Shown piece after piece: positions 16,449 through 25,982 of a DNA stretch of 43,225 nucleotides. Source of the DNA: an uncultured Pseudomonadales bacterium (lineage in GTDB: Bacteria; Patescibacteriota; Microgenomatia; UBA1400; CG1-02-47-37); the NCBI GenBank assembly GCA_964630755.1, contig CAZVYS010000005.1:1-43225 (forward strand), given 5' to 3'. The position numbers were made by a program, and so were the translations under genes. Within the stretch, counting starts at the first letter, position 1, and each line of letters opens with the position of its first letter. The notes below the pieces were generated by a model, which saw nothing but the letters and a program-made list of their open reading frames with translations, was not told the DNA's origin and searched no databases.

Positions 16449-17736
16449 AAAAAAGCTTAATTTGTCAGATTATTATCAGAGTTTAAAGCCTTCACCTTTA
16501 AGAGGGGCAAGGCAGATCGCTTCTAAAAGAAAAGATAAGGTAAAGATTATTGATTCGTCAATTGGTAGTGTGGGATTGCCAACAAATTCTGAGATTCAAA
16601 AAAGAATGAGAACTTTAATGGGTGGTTTTAAAGATAAAGCTTTACCTTATACTTCAACCGAAGGAACTGATGAAGCAAAACAAGCGTTTGTTAATATTTA
16701 TAGAAGTTTAGGAGTAGATATTAAAGATAAGCTGATACATATTACAGCTAGTGGATCTTTAGGAATGCAGTATGTAATGCTAGGATTGTGTGAGAAAAAC
16801 AAGCCTTTGGCAGGATTTTCGCCGATGTATGCTAACTATTTAAGTTATGGAAAGCGTTTTAATTTACCAGTGGTTAGTTTAAAAAGAGTTTTAAACGATA
16901 ATGGGGTATTTACTATTCCAGGTAAAAAGGAAATTGAGTCTTTTATTAAAAGGACTAGGCCAGCTGCTTTGCTAGTTATTCCGGCTGATAATCCAACTGG
17001 AGCCTACTTTGATCAAAAAAAGATTGACTTTTTAGCCAAGCTTTGTGTTAAGTATAAGATGTGGTTGGTGAGTGATGAAGCTTATTTTGGCTTGTATTAT
17101 CAGGGTAAAAAAGATGTTAGTAGTATTTGGAGAGTAACAAATAAACAAGTATTGGGAATTGAAGGGAGAAGAATTGGAATTCACTCGGCTTCAAAAAATA
17201 TGAATGCTTGTGGGTTAAGAATTGGAGCAGTAATTACTGATAATGAAGAATTTCATCAAAAAGCAGTTAATTGCGCTAGTGCAGATTTATGCGCTGGAAT
17301 TGTTGACCAGTATTTGTTTGGAGCCTTAGCAAATGCAAGTCAAGTAAAAATTAGAAAGTTTTTAGCTGATTTAAGATTACATTATTTTGAGATGCTGTCT
17401 CGATTTAGAGATAAGTTAATAAGTTTAAATCCAAGATTAATTGTTAGTATGCCAGAAGCTTCAATTTACTCAGTAGTAGATTTTAAAAATGCCACTCCTA
17501 AAGATTTTAAAGCCTTGGATTTTATTAATTGGGTGGCAGAAAAAGGCAAGGTAATGATAAATGGTAAACCATATATTATGATTGGGGCTCCGATGAGTGG
17601 TTTTTATCAGGTGGGGAAGAATGAGAAAAATCCAGGCGATACTCAGATGCGAATCGCTTTTGTTAGAAGTAAAAAAGAAATGCTCCTTGGAGCTGAGGTG
17701 TTAGCTAAACAGCTAGAGTTGTACTTGAACCGTTAG
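16441..17736 (+). CDS. PLP-dependent class I/II aminotransferase
   Basis: DNPTG, SDEAY, HSASK...GLRIG with the PLP lysine; start (GTG 16441 or TTG 16432) overlaps the end of ppsA. Confidence 0.88.
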   Translation: MAKKKLNLSDYYQSLKPSPLRGARQIASKRKDKVKIIDSSIGSVGLPTNSEIQKRMRTLMGGFKDKALPYTSTEGTDEAKQAFVNIYRSLGVDIKDKLIHITASGSLGMQYVMLGLCEKNKPLAGFSPMYANYLSYGKRFNLPVVSLKRVLNDNGVFTIPGKKEIESFIKRTRPAALLVIPADNPTGAYFDQKKIDFLAKLCVKYKMWLVSDEAYFGLYYQGKKDVSSIWRVTNKQVLGIEGRRIGIHSASKNMNACGLRIGAVITDNEEFHQKAVNCASADLCAGIVDQYLFGALANASQVKIRKFLADLRLHYFEMLSRFRDKLISLNPRLIVSMPEASIYSVVDFKNATPKDFKALDFINWVAEKGKVMINGKPYIMIGAPMSGFYQVGKNEKNPGDTQMRIAFVRSKKEMLLGAEVLAKQLELYLNR

Positions 17737-17829
17737 TTTATCTTTTCCTTGAGTGACTTCTTATATATTAGAATTATAGGATGAATTGTTGTATAATAGA
17801 GTTATTAACTAAATAAAAAAATAAAACCG

Positions 17830-18852
17830 ATGACAACTCCAGAGGCACAAACAAGTGCAGATACTATATCTAGTGATGTTCTAGTAGCAAAAGAAGCAAG
17901 CTTAGGTGTTTTAGATCAGGTACATACTTATATTATAGGTCCTAAAAGATGTGGTACGACGATTTTACTGAAAGCCGTGGGCCAGAATGAACTAATTGAA
18001 AAAGCTGTGTTAGAATCAATGCAAGAGTTTAGAGCAAAAACTTTTGAAGAAGGATTGGAGAATATTAGTAATTTACTTGGTGAATTTGAAGGGCCAGTGG
18101 TAGCAAAAGATGTGGCCTCAAGCATTTTGACTGACGAGCATTATTGGCCAGAGGTGGAAAAAAGAGTTGGGAACGTGTTGATGGTAGTGAAAGAACCGAC
18201 TTTATCTTTAAGATCGTTTGTAATTAGATTAATTAATGATAAACTATTTGGTTTTGGAAGCAATGAAGCTGATGAAGAAACTATTTTAGAAAATATAGGA
18301 AACATAGATTTACAAATCTGGTTAGATCAAGGCTGGAATCGATTAGCTAAATTAGTAGAGATGACTGATAAGCCAGAATTAAAAGATAAGCTGACAATTG
18401 TTAGTTCTTTAAGCTTGAGACTGAATCCAGAAGGAGTAATGCAAAGATTGTGTGAAAGATTAAGTTTGCCTTTTAGTATGGATATGGTTGATGATCTGAC
18501 AAAAGTAACAGAAGAAAGCTTACTTTGTACTCCAATTAAATATCCTCCAAAAGGCATGCTAGATGAGAAAAGATGGAGAGAAGCAATTGAAAATAAAAAA
18601 GTTTTATTAGACGGATATTGGACTCCTGCCATAGAGAGTACAAAAATTAAGCCGCTAGATATAGATACGGATGGGTCAGTTGATTTAAGTTTTTTTACTC
18701 CAGGCATGTTTAATTATTACGAAACAGTCGCAAGGCCAGTTTTTGAACAAATCGTTAAGAATCCAGCTAATGTTAGCAAACCACAAACTCAGGCAGAGTG
18801 GGATTTGTTAGAACAAATTAATCCACTTGAAGTTCAGGCTTATCAGGAATAG
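17830..18852 (+). CDS. sulfotransferase-like P-loop protein
   Basis: IIGPKRCGTTIL (PSB loop-like) and LRLNPEGVMQRLCERLSLPFSMDM. Confidence 0.6.
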   Translation: MTTPEAQTSADTISSDVLVAKEASLGVLDQVHTYIIGPKRCGTTILLKAVGQNELIEKAVLESMQEFRAKTFEEGLENISNLLGEFEGPVVAKDVASSILTDEHYWPEVEKRVGNVLMVVKEPTLSLRSFVIRLINDKLFGFGSNEADEETILENIGNIDLQIWLDQGWNRLAKLVEMTDKPELKDKLTIVSSLSLRLNPEGVMQRLCERLSLPFSMDMVDDLTKVTEESLLCTPIKYPPKGMLDEKRWREAIENKKVLLDGYWTPAIESTKIKPLDIDTDGSVDLSFFTPGMFNYYETVARPVFEQIVKNPANVSKPQTQAEWDLLEQINPLEVQAYQE

Positions 18853-18881
18853 GGATAATGATTGATATATAATTGGGTTGT

Positions 18882-19928
18882 ATGAGTTTATCTATTGGGA
18901 TTGTTGGGTTGCCAAATGTAGGGAAATCTACTTTGTTTAATGCGCTATTAAAGCGGCAGGTGGCTGATGTAGGGGAGTATCCGTTTACGACCATTGAACC
19001 AAATACTGGCGTGGTTGAGGTAAAAGATGAGAGATTGGGTAAACTGGCGGAGGTATTGAGGATAGGGAAGGTTGTACCTGCAGCAGTTAAGTTTATTGAT
19101 ATAGCCGGACTTATTAAAGGGGCGCATCAAGGCGAAGGGCTTGGAAATCAGTTTTTGGCTCAAATCCGGGGGGTGGATGCAATTTTACATCTAGTTCGCG
19201 GTTTTAGTAATAAAAATACGCCTCATGTGTCTGGTCAAGTTGATCCGGTTTTGGATATTAGTATAGTTAATTTAGAACTGACTCTAGCTGACTTTGAAAC
19301 AGTTAGTAAGATTTTAACTAAAGAAAAAAAACTAGATAAAGATAAACGAGTAGTACTTGAAAAGTTATTGACTCAACTAAAAGCAGGTAAAGCAGCCAAA
19401 GAGGTTAAGTTAGAAAAAGAAGAGAAAGAATTAGTTAGAGATTTAAATTTACTAACTTTAAAACCAATGCTTTATGCTTTAAATTTAGACGAAGGAGCAG
19501 TGGGTGAGTTTAAGCAAAAAAAAGATATGCCTCCGGTAATGTTATTGTCAGCTAAGTTAGAGGCAGAAATTAATGAGTTAAAAAAAGATGAGAGATTAGA
19601 GTATTTAAGTCAACTTGGTTTAAAAGAGTCTCTTCTTGATCGGTTGATTAAGGAGTGCTATCAGTTACTTGATTTAATTACTTTTTTTACGGTGGTTGGT
19701 GGTAAACAAGCTCAAGCGTGGCCACTTAAAAAGGGCAAAGCGGTGATTGAGGCGGCGGAAATTATTCATACTGACTTTGCCAAAAACTTTATTAAAGCCG
19801 AAGTAATCAAGGTAGATAAATTAATTGGTCTTGGTTCTTGGGGAAAAGCAAAAGAAAAAGGCCAGCTAAGATTAGTATCTAGAGATTATGTAGTAAAAAA
19901 TGGAGATGTAGTGGAGATCAAAACTTGA
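18882..19928 (+). CDS. ychF: redox-regulated ATPase YchF
   Basis: GIVGLPNVGKSTLFNAL, YPFTTIEPN, DIAGL, GEGLGNQFL, TGS domain; probable start is ATG 18882. Confidence 0.96.
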   Translation: MSLSIGIVGLPNVGKSTLFNALLKRQVADVGEYPFTTIEPNTGVVEVKDERLGKLAEVLRIGKVVPAAVKFIDIAGLIKGAHQGEGLGNQFLAQIRGVDAILHLVRGFSNKNTPHVSGQVDPVLDISIVNLELTLADFETVSKILTKEKKLDKDKRVVLEKLLTQLKAGKAAKEVKLEKEEKELVRDLNLLTLKPMLYALNLDEGAVGEFKQKKDMPPVMLLSAKLEAEINELKKDERLEYLSQLGLKESLLDRLIKECYQLLDLITFFTVVGGKQAQAWPLKKGKAVIEAAEIIHTDFAKNFIKAEVIKVDKLIGLGSWGKAKEKGQLRLVSRDYVVKNGDVVEIKT

Positions 19929-19969
19929 ATCTTGCAAAACTTTTATTTATTAGTTAAGATACAGCATCA

Positions 19970-20251
19970 ATGAGAAAATACGAATTTGCCTTGGTCCTGA
20001 AGGAATCGACTGGGAAGGACGAAGCTAAACTAAAAAAAACAGCTACATCTTTAGTGGAGCAGGTTAAAGGCAAGATAACTAAATCTAATATATTAGGAGT
20101 AAGGCAATTTGCTTACATGGTAAAGAAGCAAAGTAAAGGCTCTTATGGAATTTTTAAGGTGGAGTTGCCTGAAAATTCAATTGGTGAACTTGATAAACAA
20201 ATTAGATTAAATGAAGAGATATTAAGATATTTATTAGTTAAGGAGGAATGA
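19970..20251 (+). CDS. rpsF: 30S ribosomal protein S6
   Basis: MRKYE, G.R.FAY...K, ILRYLLVK; rpsF-ssb-rpsR synteny. Confidence 0.93.
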   Translation: MRKYEFALVLKESTGKDEAKLKKTATSLVEQVKGKITKSNILGVRQFAYMVKKQSKGSYGIFKVELPENSIGELDKQIRLNEEILRYLLVKEE

Positions 20252-20252
20252 T

Positions 20253-20819
20253 ATGTCGAGTCGTTCGCTTAATAAAGTAATATTAATTGGTAATTTAACC
20301 CGAGATCCGGAGTTAAGATACACCCCACAAGGAACTCCTGTTTGTACATTTGGTTTAGCTACTAACAGATCCTGGCAGCCATCAGCTGGAGGAGAAAGAC
20401 AAGAAGAAACAGAGTTTCATAGAATTGTGTCTTGGAACAAGTTGGCTGAATTATGCTCTGAACTTTTGTTTAAAGGAAGAAAGACATTTGTTGAAGGTAG
20501 ACTTCAGACCAGAAACTGGACTGATGCTCAAGGCCAAGAAAGGACAACTGTCGAAATTGTGATTGAAAATATGATAGTTTTGGATTCTAAGAGAAAAGAA
20601 GATCAAGCTAGTGGTCAGTATCAAACTAATTATCAAGCTAGTGGTAGTCAAACTACTGATGATGTTCAAGTAGTTGAAGACATTGATGATCAGGTTGAGG
20701 AAAAACCAGCAAAGAAAACAGCTAAGAAAGTCAAAAAATCAACCAAGAGTAAAGCCAAAAAAACTACTAAAGCAAAGACAGCATCATCTAAAGTAAATCC
20801 GGATGATATTCCCTTTTAA
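20253..20819 (+). CDS. ssb: single-stranded DNA-binding protein
   Basis: LNKVILIGNLTRDPELRYT, VEGRLQTR, C-terminal DDIPF. Confidence 0.97.
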   Translation: MSSRSLNKVILIGNLTRDPELRYTPQGTPVCTFGLATNRSWQPSAGGERQEETEFHRIVSWNKLAELCSELLFKGRKTFVEGRLQTRNWTDAQGQERTTVEIVIENMIVLDSKRKEDQASGQYQTNYQASGSQTTDDVQVVEDIDDQVEEKPAKKTAKKVKKSTKSKAKKTTKAKTASSKVNPDDIPF

Positions 20820-20824
20820 TTTAT

Positions 20825-21031
20825 ATGCGAAAAGGTAGATTAAAGTGTTACTATTGCACTAATAAACTTAAACCTGATTATAAAGAATTTGAGGTGTTAA
20901 AAAAGTTTGTGTCGGATAGAGGTAAAATATTAAGCAGAACTCGATCAGGAGTTTGTGCTAAGCATCAACGAATTCTGGCTAAAGCAATTAAGCAAGCTAG
21001 GCATTTAGCTTTTTTACCTTTTGTAGCCTAG
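20825..21031 (+). CDS. rpsR: 30S ribosomal protein S18 (Zn-binding type)
   Basis: CYYC, DYK, SDRGKIL, GVCAKHQR, AIKQAR. Confidence 0.95.
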   Translation: MRKGRLKCYYCTNKLKPDYKEFEVLKKFVSDRGKILSRTRSGVCAKHQRILAKAIKQARHLAFLPFVA

Positions 21032-21057
21032 CACCTTTGTAAAGATCGGGTATAAGA

Positions 21058-22290
21058 ATGAAGATAAACCTGAAACAAATCAGGGTGGGGGCAGTCATTA
21101 TCAGTTTTATGCTGGTAGCGGGATTTGTGGGTTATAGAATTGGAAGGCAGGAGATTCAATTTAAAGCTGGATTACCTATTAAGGTGGATCGTTCTCAGTC
21201 AATAGATAAGCAGTCGGTGAATTTAACTATGTTTTGGCAAGTGTGGGATAGGTTAGGTGAGAGATACTTAATTAAGGAGGATCTTGATTCTCAAGAGATG
21301 ATATGGGGAGCAGTTAAAGGTATGACAGCTTCTTTAGGAGATCCGTACACAGTCTTTTTACCACCAGAGCAGAATAAGTCAGTTGAAGAAGAATTAAATG
21401 GTTCGTTTGAGGGAGTGGGGATTCAACTTGGTTTTGTTAATGGTAGTTTAGGAGTAATTGCTCCTTTGACTGGAATGCCAGCTGAAGCAAAAGGAATTAA
21501 AGCTGGTGACTTGATTTTAAAGATTAAAGATGACAAAAAAGGCATAGAGATAGAAACAGCTGATATGTCATTGCCAGAAGCTGTTAAACATATTCGAGGG
21601 CCTAAAGGGACTCCTGTAATTTTGACAATTTTTCATGAAGGAGCTACAGAAACAAATGATATTGAGGTTGTTAGAGATACAATAGTGATAAAAAGTGTAG
21701 AACTTGAATGGAAAGAAAATAGGCAAGTAGCTTATGTTAAGTTAACAAGATTTGGTGGACGAACAGAGGCAGAATGGGAAAACGTAGTTAAAGAGGTTGT
21801 TGATAACAAGCAAGTTAAAGGAATGGTTCTTGATTTAAGAAATAATCCAGGAGGTTATCTTAACGGAGCAGTTAGATATGCAAGCGAGTTTTTAGGCAGA
21901 GGCAAGGTTGTGGTTAAACAAGCTGATGCAAGTGGATCGGTAGAGACATATAGTGTTAATCAAAAAGGGAGATTGTTAGATATACCAATGACAGTCTTGA
22001 TTAATAAAGGGAGCGCTTCATCATCTGAAATATTAGCTGGAGCCTTGCGTGATCATAATCGAGCTACATTAGTTGGCGATAAATCATTTGGTAAAGGAAC
22101 AATACAAGAAGCCTTAGATTTAAGTGAAGGAGCTGGACTTCATGTAACAACAGCAAAATGGTTATTGCCTGAAGGACAATGGGTTAATGAATCAAAAGGA
22201 ATCACGCCTGAGGTAGAAATTGCCGATGATCTTGAGACGAAAGAGATCGATGAACAGCTTGAAAAAGCAATAGAGGTAGTGTTAAAGTAG
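21058..22290 (+). CDS. S41 family C-terminal processing peptidase
   Basis: LGDPYT, PDZ domain, DLRNNPGG, SASSSEI, FGKG. Confidence 0.93.
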   Translation: MKINLKQIRVGAVIISFMLVAGFVGYRIGRQEIQFKAGLPIKVDRSQSIDKQSVNLTMFWQVWDRLGERYLIKEDLDSQEMIWGAVKGMTASLGDPYTVFLPPEQNKSVEEELNGSFEGVGIQLGFVNGSLGVIAPLTGMPAEAKGIKAGDLILKIKDDKKGIEIETADMSLPEAVKHIRGPKGTPVILTIFHEGATETNDIEVVRDTIVIKSVELEWKENRQVAYVKLTRFGGRTEAEWENVVKEVVDNKQVKGMVLDLRNNPGGYLNGAVRYASEFLGRGKVVVKQADASGSVETYSVNQKGRLLDIPMTVLINKGSASSSEILAGALRDHNRATLVGDKSFGKGTIQEALDLSEGAGLHVTTAKWLLPEGQWVNESKGITPEVEIADDLETKEIDEQLEKAIEVVLK

Positions 22291-22308
22291 AAAATTGTTA
22301 AGTGATTT

Positions 22309-22713
22309 ATGAAAGTAATAATAAAAAAAACCAAAGAAGTTAAAGAGGTGTCTTTGGGTTATGCAGTTAATTTTTTGCTACCTAAAAATTTAGCAGTGGT
22401 GGCCACTAAGACGAAACTGGCAGCTTTAAAGAAAAAAGAAGTTGAAGCCAAGCAGCAAAAAAAAGCCTCAAAAATGAAAGATAGGCAACAGGCGGAGAAA
22501 CTAGATGGCAAGGTGATAACTTTGAAAGTTAAGGCTGGAAAGAGTGGCAAAGTTCATGGCAGTATTACCAAAAAAGAAATAGCCAAAGAGTTTGATATTC
22601 TAAAGACTAACATAGTTTTAGAAAAACCGATTAAAAAGGTTGGTGAACATGAGATTAAGCTAAAGTTTGGAAAGGTTTCAGCTAAGGTTAAGTTAAAATT
22701 GGTGGCAGAATGA
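22309..22713 (+). CDS. rplI: 50S ribosomal protein L9
   Basis: MKVI, GYAVNFLLPK.LA, GKVHGSIT, PIKKVGEH. Confidence 0.93.
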   Translation: MKVIIKKTKEVKEVSLGYAVNFLLPKNLAVVATKTKLAALKKKEVEAKQQKKASKMKDRQQAEKLDGKVITLKVKAGKSGKVHGSITKKEIAKEFDILKTNIVLEKPIKKVGEHEIKLKFGKVSAKVKLKLVAE

Positions 22714-23852
22714 AGAAATGGCCAAACATATTAGCACTAATAGTGGTTTTAATAGTAGGCATTATTGGCGGAGTGGTTGGTGGTCGATGGTTTCCAGAAA
22801 ATAAAAACGCAATTAGTAATGAAAAAACAGAGGTTCGTGAGATTTTAAAAGAAGAAAACGCAGTTATTGATGTGGTAGATAAGGTAACTCCGTCAGTAGT
22901 GACGGTTGGAGTTAAAAAAACTGAAACGTTTATTAACCGAGATTCGTTCTTGTTTGACCCGTTTGGTTTTTTTGGTAACTCTAATCAACCTCAGGTTGAA
23001 GAAAGGAATATTGAGCAAGATATTGGCTCTGGATTTATTCTTTCAGAAGACGGTTTAGTAGTGACTAATAAACATGTAGTAAGCGATCTTAAGGCTGAGT
23101 ATCGAGTAATTACTTATAGTGACGAAGAACTTAAAGTAGAAAAGATTTATAGAGATCCAGTTAATGATTTAGCTATTTTAAAAGTTAGCCCAACTCAATT
23201 GTTTAGATCGATCGAGTTGGGAGATAGTGATAATTTAAAAGTTGGACAAGTAGTGGTTGCTATTGGAACTGCTTTAGGAGAATTTAGATCAACAGTAACT
23301 ACTGGGGTAATTTCTGGTTTGGGTCGCGGAATTGATGCTGGTACGCCATTTGGGGGAGTGAGTGAAGAACTAAACAACGTGATTCAAACAGATGCAGCTA
23401 TTAATCCAGGGAATTCAGGCGGACCGCTGTTAAACTCATCCGGAGCAGTAATCGGAGTTAATGTGGCGGTGTCTCAGGCTGGAGAAAATATTGGTTTTGC
23501 GATTCCAATTAACATTGTTAAAGATTCAATTGATACGTTTGAAGAAACGGGTAAGTTTTCTCGAGCTTTTTTGGGCGTCAGATATCAAATGATTGATAAA
23601 AGAACGGCCATTTTAAACTCTGTGCCACAAGGAGCTTATTTAGTGGAAGTGATAGAAGATTCACCAGCAGATAAAGCTCAACTAAGAGAAAACGATATTG
23701 TGACAGAATTTAATGGAACTTTGGTAACAGAAAAACAAAGCATAGCTGAGTTGATTGGTAAAAGTAAGATAGGGGATGAAATTGTTTTAAAGGTTTATCG
23801 TGACGGAGAAACTATGGAAGTTAAAGTCAAGCTTGAAGAAGTTTCACAATAG
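22710..23852 (+). CDS. HtrA/DegP-family serine protease with one PDZ domain
   Basis: GSGFI, TNKHVV, DLAILK, IQTDAAINPGNSGGPL. Confidence 0.94.
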   Translation: MKKWPNILALIVVLIVGIIGGVVGGRWFPENKNAISNEKTEVREILKEENAVIDVVDKVTPSVVTVGVKKTETFINRDSFLFDPFGFFGNSNQPQVEERNIEQDIGSGFILSEDGLVVTNKHVVSDLKAEYRVITYSDEELKVEKIYRDPVNDLAILKVSPTQLFRSIELGDSDNLKVGQVVVAIGTALGEFRSTVTTGVISGLGRGIDAGTPFGGVSEELNNVIQTDAAINPGNSGGPLLNSSGAVIGVNVAVSQAGENIGFAIPINIVKDSIDTFEETGKFSRAFLGVRYQMIDKRTAILNSVPQGAYLVEVIEDSPADKAQLRENDIVTEFNGTLVTEKQSIAELIGKSKIGDEIVLKVYRDGETMEVKVKLEEVSQ

Positions 23853-24720
23853 GAAGTAAGTTTCCTTCAAGAATTTTATCAAGATTTTTCCATGACTTTT
23901 GGACGCGGTGGTCAGTGACTCGGTTTTGAGGATAGTTGTAAGTTCTAATTTTTTCGGCTCTCATACCTCGACCAACTGCCTGAGATCGAGCATCTTTGAT
24001 CTCTGCCTGTTTTTTATCTTGCTGGATTTGATAGAGTTTGCCTCTAAGTAGATCAAAAGCTATTTTTCGGTTTTGTTCTTGGGTGCGTTGGGTTTGGGAT
24101 TCAATCACAATTTCAGTGGGTAAGTGTTTAAGTCTAACTGCAGTTGAGACCTTATTAACGTTTTGTCCACCTGAGCCTGAAGATCTATAAAAAGTAATTT
24201 GAATATCTTTAGGATCAATTTTAATTTCTGTTTCTTTAATTTCTGGTAGAACAGTTACTGTGGCAGTAGAGGTATGAATCCGACCATGAGATTCAGTGGT
24301 AGGAATTCTCTGGACTCGGTGAACTCCAGCCTCATGTTGAAATAACTGAAAGGCTTTTTTGCCTTTGATTTTGATCATGCCCTTGTCTAGAGGAGTGATT
24401 TGTAGATTTTGAGAGTCAGCAAAGCGAGTATACATTTCCAGTAAATCGTCAGCCCAGATTTTAGCTTCTTCACCACCTGCGGCAGATCTAACTTCTATTA
24501 TGGCGTTACCTTGACGGGTGTGAGTTCGATCAAGATGATTTTCTTTTTTCTCGATATTCCCGTTCCGGATCGGAGATGAATCAAGGAGTTTAAGCTGTTT
24601 TTTTAACTCAGCAATTTCTTGCTTAGCTAGTTCTTTTAGTTGAGGATCGTCAAGGGAAGCTTTGGCTTTGACTAGTTTATGTTTAAGCCTTTTTATTTCT
24701 TCGTTAAGATAGTTGTTCAT
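23827..24720 (-). CDS. prfA: peptide chain release factor 1 (short N-terminal domain)
   Basis: [19 protein letters not shown] (PxT), [22 protein letters not shown]; follows rpmE. Confidence 0.95.
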   Translation of the reverse strand: MNNYLNEEIKRLKHKLVKAKASLDDPQLKELAKQEIAELKKQLKLLDSSPIRNGNIEKKENHLDRTHTRQGNAIIEVRSAAGGEEAKIWADDLLEMYTRFADSQNLQITPLDKGMIKIKGKKAFQLFQHEAGVHRVQRIPTTESHGRIHTSTATVTVLPEIKETEIKIDPKDIQITFYRSSGSGGQNVNKVSTAVRLKHLPTEIVIESQTQRTQEQNRKIAFDLLRGKLYQIQQDKKQAEIKDARSQAVGRGMRAEKIRTYNYPQNRVTDHRVQKSWKNLDKILEGNLLPIVKLLQA

Positions 24721-25031
24721 TTTTTTCGCTTTTCGGCTTGGATCATTTCCTTGAGAGTAGTAGGTTTAGCTTGATCTTTTTCGACTTGAAGATTTTTCCG
24801 ATCAGATTTTTTAACAAAAACTTTCTTTTTAGCTACAGCTTGTTTCTTTTGAAATTTTTCAACTCGGCCCATAGTGTCAATGAACTTCATTTTACCAGTG
24901 AAAAATGGATGACAAGCATTGCAGATCTCGACCTGGATGGTTTTCTTGGTTGAGCCAGTGGTAAATGTGTTACCACAAGCACAAGTGACTTGACAGTCGT
25001 TATAGTATTTTGGATGAATCCCTTTTTTCAT
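24717..25031 (-). CDS. rpmE: 50S ribosomal protein L31 with C-terminal extension
   Basis: MKKGIHP.Y, CACG, C..CHPFFTG, GRVEKF. Confidence 0.96.
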   Translation of the reverse strand: MKKGIHPKYYNDCQVTCACGNTFTTGSTKKTIQVEICNACHPFFTGKMKFIDTMGRVEKFQKKQAVAKKKVFVKKSDRKNLQVEKDQAKPTTLKEMIQAEKRKK

Positions 25032-25067
25032 AAATTGACTTTATTCTACAGCTTTGGATTATATCAG

Positions 25068-25973
25068 TTATTTAAGTCTCTTTCTAGGTCTTATTTCAGC
25101 TAAAAAGACACCAAAAGAGATAATGACTACAGCTAAGATTTGACCCCAGGTGGGCATTTCTTTTAATAACCAGAAAGCAACTGGAATAGCTACCACTGCT
25201 TGTAAATATTGGAAAAGAGAGGCTTCTGAAGCCTCGATTAAGTCTTGGCCATAGATGCGAGTGGTTAAAGCAATAATTGAACCTGGAATAGCCATGTAAA
25301 AACTAGCTAGAGCCACCGAGGGAATGGTGAGTAAGGAGATTGGGGTAGGGGTTTGGGTTAGTTTTAGATAAAAAGCAAAGGAGATTAAACAGATTAAGTA
25401 ACTGGTAGAGGTGACAAACATTTTAGGTACTTTATAGTAGTGTTTTTTAATAACTAGATAATAAGTAGTGGCTAGAAAGTTATAGAGTAAAATAATTAAG
25501 TTACCAGAGAAGGAAAAAGTAGTTAAAAGTGATTGACCCCTAAAGATGGGTTCAAATACTAGTAGTAAAGTGCCTAAGAAGCTAATAATCAAGCCAATCC
25601 ATTCTCGCTTTTCTTCTTTTTCTTTTAAAAAGAAAATACCGCCAAGAGTAACTAAGATCGGGCTGGTGGCAGCAATTAAAGAAGCTTCGATAGCAGAAGT
25701 TTTGGTTAAGCCGATGTATAGAATGCTTAAGGCCACTGGAGCGCCAAAAAACTCGATTAAAATAATTTTAAGAAGCTTTTTTAAGCTAGGTTTAAGCTTT
25801 TTTAGATAGTAGATTAAAACCGGAAAAGTTAAGGGCGCAGCAATTAGATAGCGAAAGTATAGAAACTGAAAAGGGGAGATGTGGTCAAGAGAAGGCTTAA
25901 TAACAGGAAAAGCCGCACCCCAGATTAAAGTAGTAGTTAGTAAAGCTAGATAGGCTTTGGTTCGTTTGGGCAT
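25068..25973 (-). CDS. EamA/DMT family transporter
   Basis: About 10 TM helices, IWG..F, two EamA repeats ending in LKE. Confidence 0.88.
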   Translation of the reverse strand: MPKRTKAYLALLTTTLIWGAAFPVIKPSLDHISPFQFLYFRYLIAAPLTFPVLIYYLKKLKPSLKKLLKIILIEFFGAPVALSILYIGLTKTSAIEASLIAATSPILVTLGGIFFLKEKEEKREWIGLIISFLGTLLLVFEPIFRGQSLLTTFSFSGNLIILLYNFLATTYYLVIKKHYYKVPKMFVTSTSYLICLISFAFYLKLTQTPTPISLLTIPSVALASFYMAIPGSIIALTTRIYGQDLIEASEASLFQYLQAVVAIPVAFWLLKEMPTWGQILAVVIISFGVFLAEIRPRKRLK

Positions 25974-25982
25974 TAACTAGTA

